The notes: generated from the letters alone by a model not told the origin. Numbered from the stretch's first letter, positions 37,411 through 59,915 are shown. The stretch: DNA of 64,000 nt from the human T2T-CHM13v2.0 reference genome, Homo sapiens (GCF_009914755.1 NC_060938.1), one strand, 5' to 3'. Numbers and translations: made by a program.

Positions 37411-38611
37411 ATTACAAAGTTATTCAAGGTGATCTGGGTGGAGGACTGATATTGTCCACCACACAGGGGCACTCAAATAATGCTGGTTCGCATGAGGATG
37501 TGTTTTGCCCCAGTTCCTCACGAGGAAAGCCAAAATTGAATGAATTAGTAGACATTCTCCATGAGAAGACTTATACCAGTAAGACAGGGAGCAGTAAATA
37601 AAAGCAACAGATTAGTGCAATATTACTAAATCCCATCATTTAGATTCTCACATGGCAGATTTAATAAATGAGATCTATCTCTTCTTGGTGGATGCACTAG
37701 CATAAGTACCATCTAAATCAGGCCTGCAGAGAATCAAGCAACCTGATGGATATCTTTTAGCTCAATGGCAGTAATGCATGGACTATTTGGAAGGATTGGT
37801 GCTAGAAAATAGAGAATGCAATATTTGTCTTGAATTAACTAATTTTTTATAATCAATGTACAGTGAGTGATATTCTCTTGCCAAAGTAGATTTGTGACCT
37901 GCCTGAAGTATCAATTATTTTCCAATTTATACAGTAAATCTATTTGGTAATGTGAGGTGTTGCAGCAATTTTAACACATCAGTAAAGATGGAAATCAATC
38001 TATTTTCCTTAGCATTTGGCAATAAACTCTATAAATAAAACAAGTAAATACGGTTTTTTCCAGGGCCAGATCTGCCTTTTTCTTCACCCTTTTCTACTGC
38101 ATGGCTGCTGGCTGAGGGCAGTATTTGTTTCCCTGGAGATTTCACTCTGACGCAAGCCCCGGCCAGCTCCCTCTAGGCCGCGAACTCTCTGGAATGGCTG
38201 GGAAATGTCAGGTTTTCTTCAGGGCAGTCCTGTTGCTGGGTTGATAGGCTGAAACTGAACTTTAAAAGTGTGTCGGGCATTGCCACACACATCATTTCAT
38301 CCAGCAAAGTAAGTTGGGCAGATATCAGCATTCCTACTTTACAAATAAGAAAACTGAGGCCCAGAAACGACAAGGGACCTGCCAAGAATAGAGCTGAGAG
38401 TCAAATTCTAGGTCTTCTGACCATAAATCCTGACTTTTGTCTATGAAACCATGAAGTAACTTAATGATTTAATCTCTCTGTAAATCTTCTCCTGTCTTCT
38501 GAGAAGCCGAGAACATCAGGTCACAGGAATTAAGGCAAGGCAGGGACTGCCAAGTTGAGGAAAGGGGAGGGAACAACATGTGCAAAGCCAGGGAGGCTTA
38601 AGAGTGCATGG

Positions 38612-41170
<2,559 letters not shown>

Positions 41171-41549
41171 GTTAAAGAGGGATTCAAGATAGAATTTACT
41201 AGAAACCTTATGATGCCAGGCTGGAAAGGGAGCCTAACGGCCTTCTATGACTATGCTAGTCTTGAAGCATGTGATGCACATCAGGCAAAAAGTTTTTCAA
41301 TTCATGCTAAAGTTAAAACACATAGTAGGAAACATATTTCCAGTTGTCACATTTCATCTCATCTAGCAGGAAATACCCATGCTTGATCTTGACTTGAGAT
41401 GTATAGACAGAGAAAGGCAGTGAAAGATTGATGTCTGGGAATCTAAATCCAGGGCCTTCTGCTCATCAGACCCTGCTCTTCCCTTTCCTCAATCAGATCA
41501 CACAGTGCAAACAATTCCGTTTGATGACTCAGCCCTCAGGCCTTAAGAA

Positions 41550-41770
41550 TCTAGAGAGCTGGGCTCAATCTTTGCTCCATTGCTCACCAGCTATATGGTT
41601 ATGGGCATATATTTAATCTCTCTAAACTGCATTTGCTCATCTGTCTAATGAGATAGCAACTGTATCTATCTCAAAGTTTTATGAGAATTAATGGAGATGA
41701 TGGATGAGAGTACTCAGCACAAGATATATAGACTATAGTAAATACTCAATAAAGATAGTTATCACCATTA
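41550..41770 (+). mobile_element. MIR
   Basis: gggctcaatc...ctcatctgtctaatgagat...tagtaaatactcaataaa. Confidence 0.65.
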
Positions 41771-42657
41771 TTATCCATTATTATTATTCCTGGAAAGAAA
41801 GTCTCCAGGGAAGCTCTCTATAAGGCTAAAACACTTGTGCTGTTTAAAGACTATGTATTTAAATTTGGAACCTGGCAAGAGGTATACAATTTATAATGAG
41901 GAAAAAATTAAATCTGCCATTGTTTCCCATGTCCTCCATGGGAAGGTCAGAAGAATAATACAAAGATAAAACGTAGGGCTTTGCTTACACAGACTTTCTC
42001 ACAGGGAAGACTCTGTCCCATTCCAAACCTCCTAAGTGTTTTCCCTACCTGATCTTTGTTGCTTGGGATTCTTTTAACTAGAACCAAACAATGTCATTCC
42101 ACAACAGAAATATGGCTTAACATACATATAGTTCTGGGATGGGTGATACAGTGTATTACATATCAAAGTAGAAAAGGGGATTTTATATAAGCCTTGGTTA
42201 CATGAAGAGTAGGGAATTAGGAGGTCCTCACTGAAAGGGCAGACCCTGCATTCCAAAAGCCCCTTGAATCTAAAGAGAAGAGCAAATGAATAAAACTGGA
42301 AAGAGCATGGATGGCATACAGACTAGAGGTCTCCAAACACCAGGCCTCAGACCAATTTATTAGAATCATCTTAAGAGTTTATTAAAAATACAGACTCCTA
42401 GGCTTCACCCTAGACCTAATGAATCTAAACCACTTATGGTGGGATGATAGGATTTTAACAAGAAGGAGGACACAGATGTTGGAATCGTGCATCAGTACCA
42501 ACTTTTGACTTTACAGAGGAGGAAACTAGCCCAGGATAATGAAGGAAGTTTGTTCAAGGTCATTTCACAACTGTCTTCAACAAGCTTGGCTCAGCTGTGA
42601 CTGCGGGAGGTAAGCAGGCAATTCTGGTCACTGCCTAACTTGCCTCTTTTGGTTATT

Positions 42658-42980
42658 GTCTTAGTCCATTTTTTCCTGCTATAACAGAATACCACTGGGC
42701 AATTTAGAAAGAAAAGAAATCTATTTCTCACAATTCTAGAGGCTGGGAAGCCCAATATCAAGTGCCAGCAATGGATAAAGGTCTTTCCATGGTGGAAGAC
42801 AGGCAGAAGGGCAAGCAAGTTCAAGAGACAGAGAAAAAAAGGGGTCTGAACTCCTGCAATAACAGATCTACTCCCATGATAATGGCATTAATCACCTCTT
42901 AAAGGTCCCACTTCTTAATACTGTCACAATGGCAATTATCTTTCGACATAAATTTTGGAGGGGACATTCAAACCATAGCA
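42658..42980 (-). mobile_element. MST/MLT1A-type MaLR LTR
   Basis: tgtcttagtccatt...ctgctataacagaatacca...ggggacattcaaaccatagca. Confidence 0.8.
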
Positions 42981-43029
42981 TCCACGCAAGTATTTAACAA
43001 GAGTGGACAGTGTAGCAGTGTAGCTTTCT

Positions 43030-43370
<341 letters not shown>

Positions 43371-44620
43371 TAGCTTTCTGTGACCCTAATCTCTCTATGC
43401 TACCCAAGGTGACACCTATCTGAGGATGGCTGAGCTAAGCCAAAACTCTTTTCCAAGTTCAGCATCTTGAATGTACCCTCAGCTTTTCTCCAAACAATAA
43501 AACTATCAAGAGTGGAAATGTCACATTTGGTCAATAGCTGGCAGTCATGATTGGAGCAGCACACACCAACAAAAGGAATTATCAAAGGGCCAAAAATGAA
43601 TCTAAACAGAACAAGGTGACCTCTAACCAACAAGAAAACACAGCCCAATCAACCAAGAAAATCTATGGGGTGAAAATGGTCTGCTCAGGAAAATCAATAG
43701 GGTGCAAATCAGTTGCACTCAAGCCCTGTAGCCTTGCACCTCTTTCTACCCTCAAAGTTGAACCACAGCATTCCTGCTTCTCAAAGACAGCACCTCACCC
43801 CCACTTTAACCTCCTCCCCACAGCATCTGCCTATTTATCCAAATGCATATTCTGATCCCGAAATGCCTTAAAACATGTCACCACATGAAAATATCCTTTC
43901 CTCCATGGCCACCACTTATCATTTCACATCTAGATTGTTTCCAGAAACTATTCCCTCCGTCTCTGTCTGTCCTTTTTACACCTGGACGCAAAGCTCAGAA
44001 TAACATACCTCCTCGTCTCCCACTACTCCCTTATATGAATCCTCTGTCAACCAGGCAGGTCTCCTCATTATCCCTCTCTAAAACTCAAAGCTTTTTTTCA
44101 GGCTGTTCCTTAGAATGCCTGTTCTCTTCTACTTCTGCATGTTCTGATTGTCCACCCACTCTAAACCGGTTAAGTTAAAGTGCCCTCTTCTCTACTAGGC
44201 CTTCTTGGAACACCAGCAGCCTCCCAAAGGTCTGCTGGCACCTATGGAACTTTTCATCTGGAACCCTCATTCCTTACTGGGTGTTCGTGGGTGAGGGGTG
44301 GCATCTTTAACAATATTCTAAACTCCTGAAGGAAGGCAGCATACAGTGGATTGGGATAAGAATTCTTGGTTCCTGTTCAGACCCTGCCTCTAAGTACTGT
44401 GGGTCTTTGGGCAAGTGATTGAACCTTTCAGGTCTTTATTCTATAAAATGAGATTGTAGTATGGGGGAGCTCTAAGATTCTTTGTCATTATAACATTCTA
44501 GACTTCTAAGGCAAGGACTGTATCTTTTAAATATTTCCCATAACACTTAGCTATTCCCCCTTACTTTTCTTTAGCCTTTTAAGATTCTCTTTCCTCATTC
44601 ATTAAATAGGATTGATAATA

Positions 44621-44870
44621 GGCCAGGTATGGTGGCTCACACCTGTAATCCTAGCACTTTGGAAGGCAGAGGCAGGTGGATCCCTTAAGGTCAGGAGTTT
44701 GAGACCAGCCTGGCCAACATGGTGAAACCCCGTCTCTACTAAAAATATAAAAATTAGCCAGAAATCACTTAAACCCAGGATGTGGAGGTTGCAGTGAGCC
44801 AAGATTGCGCCACTGCACTCCAGCCTGAGTGACAGAGTGAGACTTCGTCTAAAAAAAAAAAAAAAAAAAA
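44621..44870 (+). mobile_element. AluS with a ~50-bp deletion at the start of the right monomer, inserted in a MIR
   Basis: attagccag joins directly to aaatcacttaaaccc; TSD ggattgataata at 44609-44620 and 44872-44883. Confidence 0.92.
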
Positions 44871-46089
44871 GGGATTGATAATAATTCCCTCCTCATAGAA
44901 TTTTTGAGAAGCTCAAAAAAATACTTTTTGTAAAATAGCACAGTCCTGGCACAAAGTAAGGGCTTAATAAATTTTTATTGTTATTGTTAAAGAAATAGGA
45001 GAAGCATATTAAATATCTGTTGAATGGATTAATAAATAGAACCTTTCAAAAGTGACTTTATTGAAGCAAAAAAAAGAAATCTCAAGTAATATTTAATTGC
45101 TTTTCAAATAATAAGGCATGTTATCTTTCCTTTAAAAATAGAAAGTATTTTCTTTTCCTTTCCCTGAGCTAGAAATTCTCACTTATAAATGCCCTTTTGC
45201 ATCTGTGTTGAAAGCAGAATTTCAGAGCTATGTCTGCACCCGGCCGTGCTGGCCAGTGAGGCCCAGGGAGCTCAGGGAGGAATGTCCTTGCATACCCAAA
45301 ATGGCGCTCCTGAAAGTAAAAGCCACTACTTCTTCTGAATATGAAGACCAAATATCCCATTTAAAGAAGCTACAGTCACCTTAACCTGAGATAGGAAGAG
45401 GGCATTTCTTGAGAATAAAATGAGGTGAAGTCTGCAGTTCAGAGGCCCCTGGTCCCTGGCTGACAAGGTGTCAAAATGTCAGTGTGCTCATTGGGTGAAT
45501 CTTTTTTCTTCTCAAAGCACACCACTCGATACGCTTCTCTCAGAGTCAGAAGATAGAGAAATCTCACTTAGTTAGTACTCATTTACTCAAACAGCTAAAT
45601 CCAAGGCAGAGGAAGCATGCCCTGAGGCAGGCCTCTGGGGATGAGATCACACCCTTAGCTAACCAGCCAGGAAGAGCAGAGCCCCAGCTCAAGGATTGGA
45701 GAGCTTCAGGAGGAACTATGACAAGGCCAGCTGTCCCAGTGACTAAAGGGCGAGACAGTCTTGCCATACAAAAGTATTCAAGGCAACAGAGTTCAGCTAC
45801 CTGGAACAGATTAGGAAGCCAGAATACACAACATTCCAGAATGTAAACAACCAACTAGATTTAGAGACAGTGACAACATCCTCCTCAGAAATACATCAAC
45901 TTATTGAGCCCACAGAAGAAGGTACTTCATACAATAATTTTTTTTTACTGATGCTTATGATTGCAGACTTTTATAAGTATTGCTTCAAGTTACACCAAAA
46001 AAAAAAAAAAAAAAGAAAACCCCAACATGAGATGCCTCTCTTTTGATGGAATTCCACTGGGGCTGAAAGGCAGACATGAGTAAAAAATG

Positions 46090-47960
<1,871 letters not shown>

Positions 47961-48461
47961 TTATTTGGTGACAAGGCAGAGAATGCAGAACAAGTGGGAA
48001 AGAGAAGATAATGTTATTTTTAAAAAGTCAGGTAGCAGAAAAAGTATTAAATTTAGGGTCAACAGAATGAAACATGTCATTGCTCTGCCTCTTACCAACA
48101 GTAAGACCTTGCATAGGTCCTTCCTATTCTCTAAGCCTCAGCTTCATCAACTATAAAATGGAGAAAATAGTAGTAATCTGTGCCTTGTGAAATCAAAATA
48201 TTGTTTTCTTTATTTAGGATCTCAGGGAGAAAAGTATAAAGATAAATCAGTGATAGACCCAGAATCCTGATATTTAACAGATTTCTTAACTATTTGGAAG
48301 GTCTATTGTTTGTATTAGTATTTTCTGGTCTCACGGTGGCCTGTGTGATCTTGGGCATGAACTAGTCCACTCCTAAGTCCCTGAGTCAGAAAGGTCCCAC
48401 AGTGCAGTGAGAATCCAACACAGAACTTATGCCATGGATGCTGGGACTGAACAAATGGGTG

Positions 48462-48506
48462 CTTAATAGCCAGAGCAGGGTCTTTTCACCTGCTCTGGCT
48501 ATTAAG
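48462..48506. repeat. Perfect 18-bp inverted repeat with a 9-nt spacer
   Basis: cttaatagccagagcagg-gtcttttca-cctgctctggctattaag. Confidence 0.95.
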
Positions 48507-49309
48507 GGAAAGGGGAAATAATTTATTTTCATAAAGGAAGCCTTCTGGGGTGGCCCGGTCTCCTGAATATTTATCACATCTCAAAGGAGGAAAATTAATT
48601 AAATAGGTTAGTCCTGCGTCTATGACAGAGACTTCACAACTCTGCTGTATTGTGTTCCTCCATGCTCCCTAAGTGCATACACACAAGCACACACTGAAGG
48701 CATGTCAACCGCAATGGAAGTGCCCTAGCTCTAGAAGACCACCTACTCTCTAAAGCAGTGAAAGCCAAAGCAACAAACCCAACCCTTGCCCCTAATTTGT
48801 ACCTGTGGGAATTTCCTCCCTGACCCATAGTGATGGTCTCTGAGTCTACCTCAGAAGTGGTTTCAGCAAGCCTGGTTTCCTTCCACCTCCCTCCCCTCAG
48901 TGTCCAGTTCCCATGTTGTGCCAAGGTTGCCAGCCAAGGGACCAATTAGTGTCAACTGTGATGTCAACACTTGCCTGTCAAGTCCTGCATCCAGTTACAT
49001 CTTCCTAATGAAGCCCTGAACTATTTAATTAGAAGTTGCTCTGACAATTCTGTCTTTGTCACATCAGCAATAGATTGTAACACAAGGGAGAAAATTTCCA
49101 TTGAACCCTGCCATGGCATTTGCTCTGTAAATTGAGATGAGTGGGATGCATTCACCTTGCTAATGCATGGAATTAAGAGGTAGCATAGTTTCCCATCTTA
49201 TCTAGTGGGAAGATATAATAACACAGCTACACATGAAACAAAGGACTTTTGGTTTGCTGTTTGCTAACCATCTCTGCCTTTTGAGGAATACTTAAACTGT
49301 CTTTAAGGG

Positions 49310-49530
49310 TGTTGCCTTTAGAGTCAGAAGAACCTGAGTTTGGATTTTTGCTCTGGCCTTTATGAACTGCCTGATTTGGGGCTAAATTTTTAACTTTTCC
49401 AAGAACTCAGGTTTCTCACCTGTTAAGTGGATATAATGATGCCTACCTTAATGATTAAAACAAAATGAATATGAAGCACTACACATAAGAACTAAATACT
49501 CAATGAAGAACTGTTCTTATCACTATTACA
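49310..49530 (+). mobile_element. MIR
   Basis: tttagagtcagaagaacctgagtttgg...ctcaggtttctcacctgt. Confidence 0.65.
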
Positions 49531-49699
49531 TCTCAATGTCCTGTGTTCTAAACTAAAAGATGAATTCCACACTGTGGTAAGTATAACACTGTCTTCTACT
49601 GACTTCTACGTCTCCCTTGTTTGTTACTCTAGCCCCTTCTCTTTTCCAACTTAATTACTTCACCAGTCCTTACAAAATGTAGATTTCATCCATCTCATC

Positions 49700-49875
49700 A
49701 CTCTAATTGTCCTGTATAAATTTCAGTTTGTAGGTTATTTCCAAAATGTGTGGCCTCAAAGTCTGAATGCCAAGCTCAGTATCACAAAGCACGATGGAAC
49801 TGTATTTCCCTTGAACTGGATAACTTGCTTGCCAATTCAGTCTTGGATCCCATTAACTTTTCAGCAGCCATTCCA
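49700..49875 (-). mobile_element. CR1/L3 LINE remnant
   Basis: cccttgaactggataacttgc...cattaactttttcagcagcc resembles antisense L3 ORF2. Confidence 0.4.
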
Positions 49876-51424
49876 CAAGGAGATGGAAAAGGGCCCTTCT
49901 AGCCTAAGGGCCAAGAAAAGGTGAGCTATTTGGAAGAAACCACCTAACTCCACCCATTTATGTTTTTATTAAATGGAGAGAAAATGAGCTCTTGAATGAT
50001 ATAATTCATTTGTGATTATTTCATTCTTTGAAAAGGTTAAGGTGCTTACCACAAAATATAAAACAGTAATCTGCATCTCTACTGCTGAAATTTTGGAAAG
50101 GGGATTTGGAAATTTTGGAGGGCCACTATTCTGCTACAGTCTTGAGAGACAAGCAAACAAAGTATTAGGATAAAGTCTGACAACCAAGGAAAATAAAGAT
50201 AAAGAGTGAAATTGATCCATAATTTCACTAGTTTCTCTCTTCCAGTTCAGAAGAAAACAAGAAAATGTAGGTCTTTTCAAAAGGTAAAATTACCTTTAAA
50301 AAAGAAAGTATGATAGGATAGGATTCCTTTCCTTTTCTAAAGATTATCTTTTTAAACACAGCTCTTTTTCCCTGTAAACTACCACTCCTCCTCCCTGAAG
50401 ATGCCCAACAAGGGCACACTGCCCATCAGCAGAGAGGGAAGTGTCAGCAAAGAGTCCTGCAATTACTGAATGTGATAGTAACATGAGGGAACATTGTCTG
50501 GGAGCAGGATCCTCTGAGTTTTCTGTTTCTCATTCTATTTGCATCCCAGGTAAAGAATAATACTTCTAAAAACCTGGCAAGGATTTCCACACTCCCTGCC
50601 ATCCCAAAGTGTGTGCAGCCTTTGCAGCTGGCACATCTGCAAAGCCACTCCTTCCCTGCAGGGTAAGGCAGAGAAAGGAGGAAAAATGGCTTCACCGGGT
50701 GGAGTTCTGTGAGAGTAAGAATAACATGTGGTAAAAACAGATTAGGTTTCAGATGATAATAAGGATCGGAAGTCAAAATTCTTATGTATGTACAAAGAAG
50801 CATTTTCATTGACAGCCAGGAAAATTTGGTTATCAGTGAACCATGTTCTGCTTTTGGAAAGGCATCCAAAGCAGAAACCATCCAAAGGCAGAACCAAAAC
50901 AGAAAGTAAAATCATGCGTCCCCCAACTTGAACATGGAAGCAGAAATAGAGACTTAAGTGCTCTAAGTCAGGGACTCTCTTTGGGATATGTAATGGGCAG
51001 ACAAAGAATGAATGATATAGACAGACAGAGAGAGAGCCTGAAGGATCCCAGAGAGAGAAATGAGGCAGAGAGGATATGATACAGGGAAGATGAAGGAGAG
51101 AAAGAAGAGATGAACAGAGAGAAATGCAAGAGGCCCAAAGGGAAGGGGAAAGTGTTAAAGAGAAAATCAGAAGCAGAATGAAAGTTAGAGAAAAGGCATT
51201 TGATGGACAGGCCAAAGCAAAAAAAAAAAAAAAAAAAAAAAGGAAAGGAAAAATAATAGAAATGAAAATGAAGGAGAAAGTGGAAATGAATTAAAGGATG
51301 CTGGGTAGACTACAGAGACGCTGAGAACCTGAAGAGGCACCAAGGCCTTGCTCATCATGCAGGTCTTCAGAGGACCTGGCAATTGCAAAGCACTGCCTAA
51401 GGTTACTAACATTTACTTTCCAAG

Positions 51425-51890
51425 ACCATGGAGTTTGGGGTCAAGTGGATCCTGATTCAGATCCTCTGGGAAGACAATTAACCTCTTGAGTTTTAGTTTG
51501 CACATCTGCAAAATGGGGATAATAATCGGCTTCACTGGATTGTTGTGATTATTAAATATGATAACATATATAAAATCCCATCACAATACCTAACATATAA
51601 CGGATGCTCAGTAAATGTTAGTTTCCCCTCTTTCCCCAAATTAGGCATTCTACTCTGGCCTTTTCAGTCATTAATAATTTGTACTGCCTCGTCCACCCTA
51701 TCACAAACCCTGGCTTTCAACTGTAAACTCCTTAAGGGCAGAACCTGGCTTCAGAGAATCCTCAGTGCCCTACACAGTGCTTGGCACAAGGCCTGTGTTC
51801 AATAATTAAACGGAAAAATAAACATTTGTTGAATAAATGAATATATAAATGAACAAATGAATGAATGAATGAACAAACAAATGAACTAAT
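51425..51890 (+). mobile_element. MIR followed by an L2 3' end with (TGAA)n tail
   Basis: catctgcaaaatggggataataat; cacagtgcttggcaca...tttgttgaataaatgaat...gaatgaatgaatgaa. Confidence 0.7.
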
Positions 51891-51907
51891 TAAAAAACAA
51901 TCTTCCT

Positions 51908-52231
<324 letters not shown>

Positions 52232-52773
52232 TTAGTTACTGTATATGTGGGTTGAGTGCAGAAAATAGAATCTATTCCAGAGAGTTCAAGCATGGAGCTT
52301 AATGTTGGGTATTAGGGCTTAAGGAGATATTGAGAAGACTAGAAGAGCATTGGTCAGGGAGCTGCCCCTCAACTATAGATTTCAAGGTCACCCCATTATG
52401 ACTCTCTCAAGGAAAGATTATGGTTTATTATTTCATGCATTCATCTGTTCTTCATTCACTCACGTACTTATTCATTTAACAAATGTTTATCTGTCCATTT
52501 AGTTACCCACAGATCAGGAATGTGCTGCTTTGGCTATGGCCATGACTTCCTCTAATACTCACAAAGCTGGTGACTAGACAGGGCTCCCATTATCCCAACA
52601 ATTCCAACACTCACATGTCATAACCCAGCTTCCCGGCAACAACAGCTGTAGGAAAATGGCAGCTGCCTCTTTTTTTTCAAATCTTAAACTGAGTGCACAT
52701 AATTGGCAGAAGAAAATTTACCTTCATGAGCCTGAGACATGTAGTTTTATAGTTTTTTAAATTACCTAACTAG

Positions 52774-57612
<4,839 letters not shown>

Positions 57613-57639
57613 AAATAACCTAACTAGAAAGATGGTGAA

Positions 57640-58900
57640 GATTAAAAGAGACAATCCATGTTGGGAAGTTCTTTCAGTGTAACAAGAAAACTGGCTTCAG
57701 TCATGAGAGAGGACAAAGCAAGAGAAGAAACAGAAAGTGCTAAGAGATAAATATGACTACTCTGTGGCCTTGATTTTCCAGGATTTTTCCAATTTTGAAC
57801 ACTTGAGCCCATCATCAGACCTCATATACCTTTTGGGGTTTGTAAAACTTGCTCACATCAGGTACAGAAGAACAAAATGTACTACATTCCTGAAATATCA
57901 TTTATTCTATGACTTTCTCTGTATAGAAGGCCGTCAGCATTCTGGAAAGAAATTACGGTAATTGAGACTGGTATCTGTCCTACCAAATGTTTGCTCAGAA
58001 TCTTGAAAACATTCCCTTCTGTTGCATAAAGGAGGCATGTTTTCCAAACCAACTTCTGAATGAATCACAAGCTGTGGCAGTTATGAGAATGTACCACACA
58101 GACTTCCAATTGCAGGGAGCCTAATTGACCAACAGCCCCAAGCTGCTGCTGGGCTCTGACATTCATTGAAATCCATCACTGCTATTGCACCAAGGCCACT
58201 TGTCCCACAAGCTGCTCCTAGGCAATAACTAACACGGCATGGACTCTAAAGCAGGCCCTTTCCTGAGAGAGAGAATACTCTACTGGTGGGTGACGTTGGT
58301 TTAAGGACTCCCCGAGAGGCTTGTCAAACTTTTCTTAGGACTTTCCTTAGCTTGCTAAGCAATCTAGAATCTTTACCCCCAATCTTTCTTTCCTCTCTCC
58401 TTCACTCAGGGTCAGACTTGCATCATGACAGCTCTTCCCCCTTTCTCAACTCTCTTCCTATTTTATCAGGCATTTTCCCTAATAAAATCCTGCCTTGGTA
58501 TTCGCTTCCTGGAGGACTGAGGCTAACACACGAGTCATGCTGGGGATGCCTTATGGCTGATCTTCAATGTCCCAGACCAAGCATGTCAATGGGATAGGGA
58601 GGGAGACAGAGAAAAGAGGATCATTTGAGACTATCCAGAGTATGCTTCTTTCCGAGGCAATGGAACCATGTTTTACATATACATGCATCTCGCAAGCTTT
58701 CAGTTGTGAGAGGAGGAAGCCAGAGAAGAGCCAGGAAGGGCTAAGAGATAAACGTGACTCCTTTATGACCTTGAGTTTCCAGGATTATTCCAATTTAGAT
58801 ATTCAGGCCATCACCAGACCTCATTTACCTTTGGAGGTTTGTAAAATCTGTCCATATCAGATACAGAAGAATAAAATTCACCTCAATTCCTAAATATCAT
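57640..58900 (+). repeat. Diverged direct duplication (~57640-57901 vs ~58612-58900)
   Basis: Collinear shared blocks GCTAAGAGATAAA, TTTCCAGGATT, CAGACCTCAT, GGTTTGTAAAA, TACAGAAGAA, AAATATCAT about 1 kb apart. Confidence 0.85.
58073..58528 (+). mobile_element. ERVL solo LTR (LTR16-like)
   Basis: tgtggcagttatgagaatgtaccac start; cctaataaaatcc...cttcctggaggactgaggctaaca end. Confidence 0.65.
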
Positions 58901-59020
58901 ATATATGTATATATATATATATACACATTAGTGTATGTGTGCATATGTGTTTATACAAGAGCAATAACTATTAAAGGAAGGATATTGTGTATTGTTAACC
59001 CTCGTCAAGAAAATAATCTC

Positions 59021-59718
59021 CATGGTGTATATGTGCCACATTTTCTTAATCCAGTCTATCATTGTTGGACATTTGGGTTGGTTCCAAGTCTTTGTTATTG
59101 TGAATAATGCCGCAATAAACATACGTGTGCATGTGTCTTTATAGCAGCATGATTTATAGTCCTTTGGGTATATACTCAGTAATGGGATGGCTGGGTCAAA
59201 TGGTATTTCTAGTTCTAGATCCCTGAGGAATCGCCACACTGACTTCCACAATGGTTGAACTAGTTTACAGTCCCACCAACAGTGTAAAAATGTTCCTATT
59301 CCTCCACATCCTCTCCAGCACCTGTTGTTTCCTGACTTTTTAATGATTGCCATTCTAACTGGTGTGAGATGGTATCTCATTGTGGTTTTGATTTGCATTT
59401 CTCTGATGGCCAGTGATGGTGAGCATTTTTTCATGTGTTTTTTGGCTGCATAAATGTCTTCTTTTGAGAAGTGTCTGTTCATGTCCTTCGCCCACTTTTT
59501 GATTGGGTTGTTTTTTTCTTGTAAATTTGTTTGTAATGCTAGATGACGAGTTAGTGGGTGCAGCGCACCAGCATGGCACATGTATACATATGTAACTAAC
59601 CTGCACATTGTGCACATGTACCCTAAAACTTAAAGTATAATAATAAAAAAAAAGAAAATTTAATTAAAAGGTGCAATTAAGTGCAATAAAGTAGGTAACA
59701 CAACCATTAAAAAAAAAA
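59021..59718 (+). mobile_element. L1PA2-type insertion with 5' inversion and 3' transduction
   Basis: TSD aagaaaataatctc at 59007-59020 and 59719-59732; inverted ORF2 segment 59021-~59533; sense 3'UTR ctagatgacgagttagtgggtgcagcgcacc; second polyA after a unique tag. Confidence 0.93.
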
Positions 59719-59915
59719 AAGAAAATAATCTCAATTCCTGAAGAGATAAAGTAATTAAAATATCTTAAAGCTTTCTTCTCCTACCTGTATTCAGGCAAAA
59801 TTTTCTTTCCTATTGATCAGTATTTATTGTTAAGAGTTTAGCACTTTCACTTAAACTGTCATTGAATTGGAAGTTTTCTTGATTATTTTATTTCTGAGCA
59901 TAATCCTTGTTAGAA

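Noticed and set aside
50742-51412. Hydrophobic, Leu/Ser-rich minus-strand ORFs
   Set aside because: Artefact of GA-rich low-complexity sequence.
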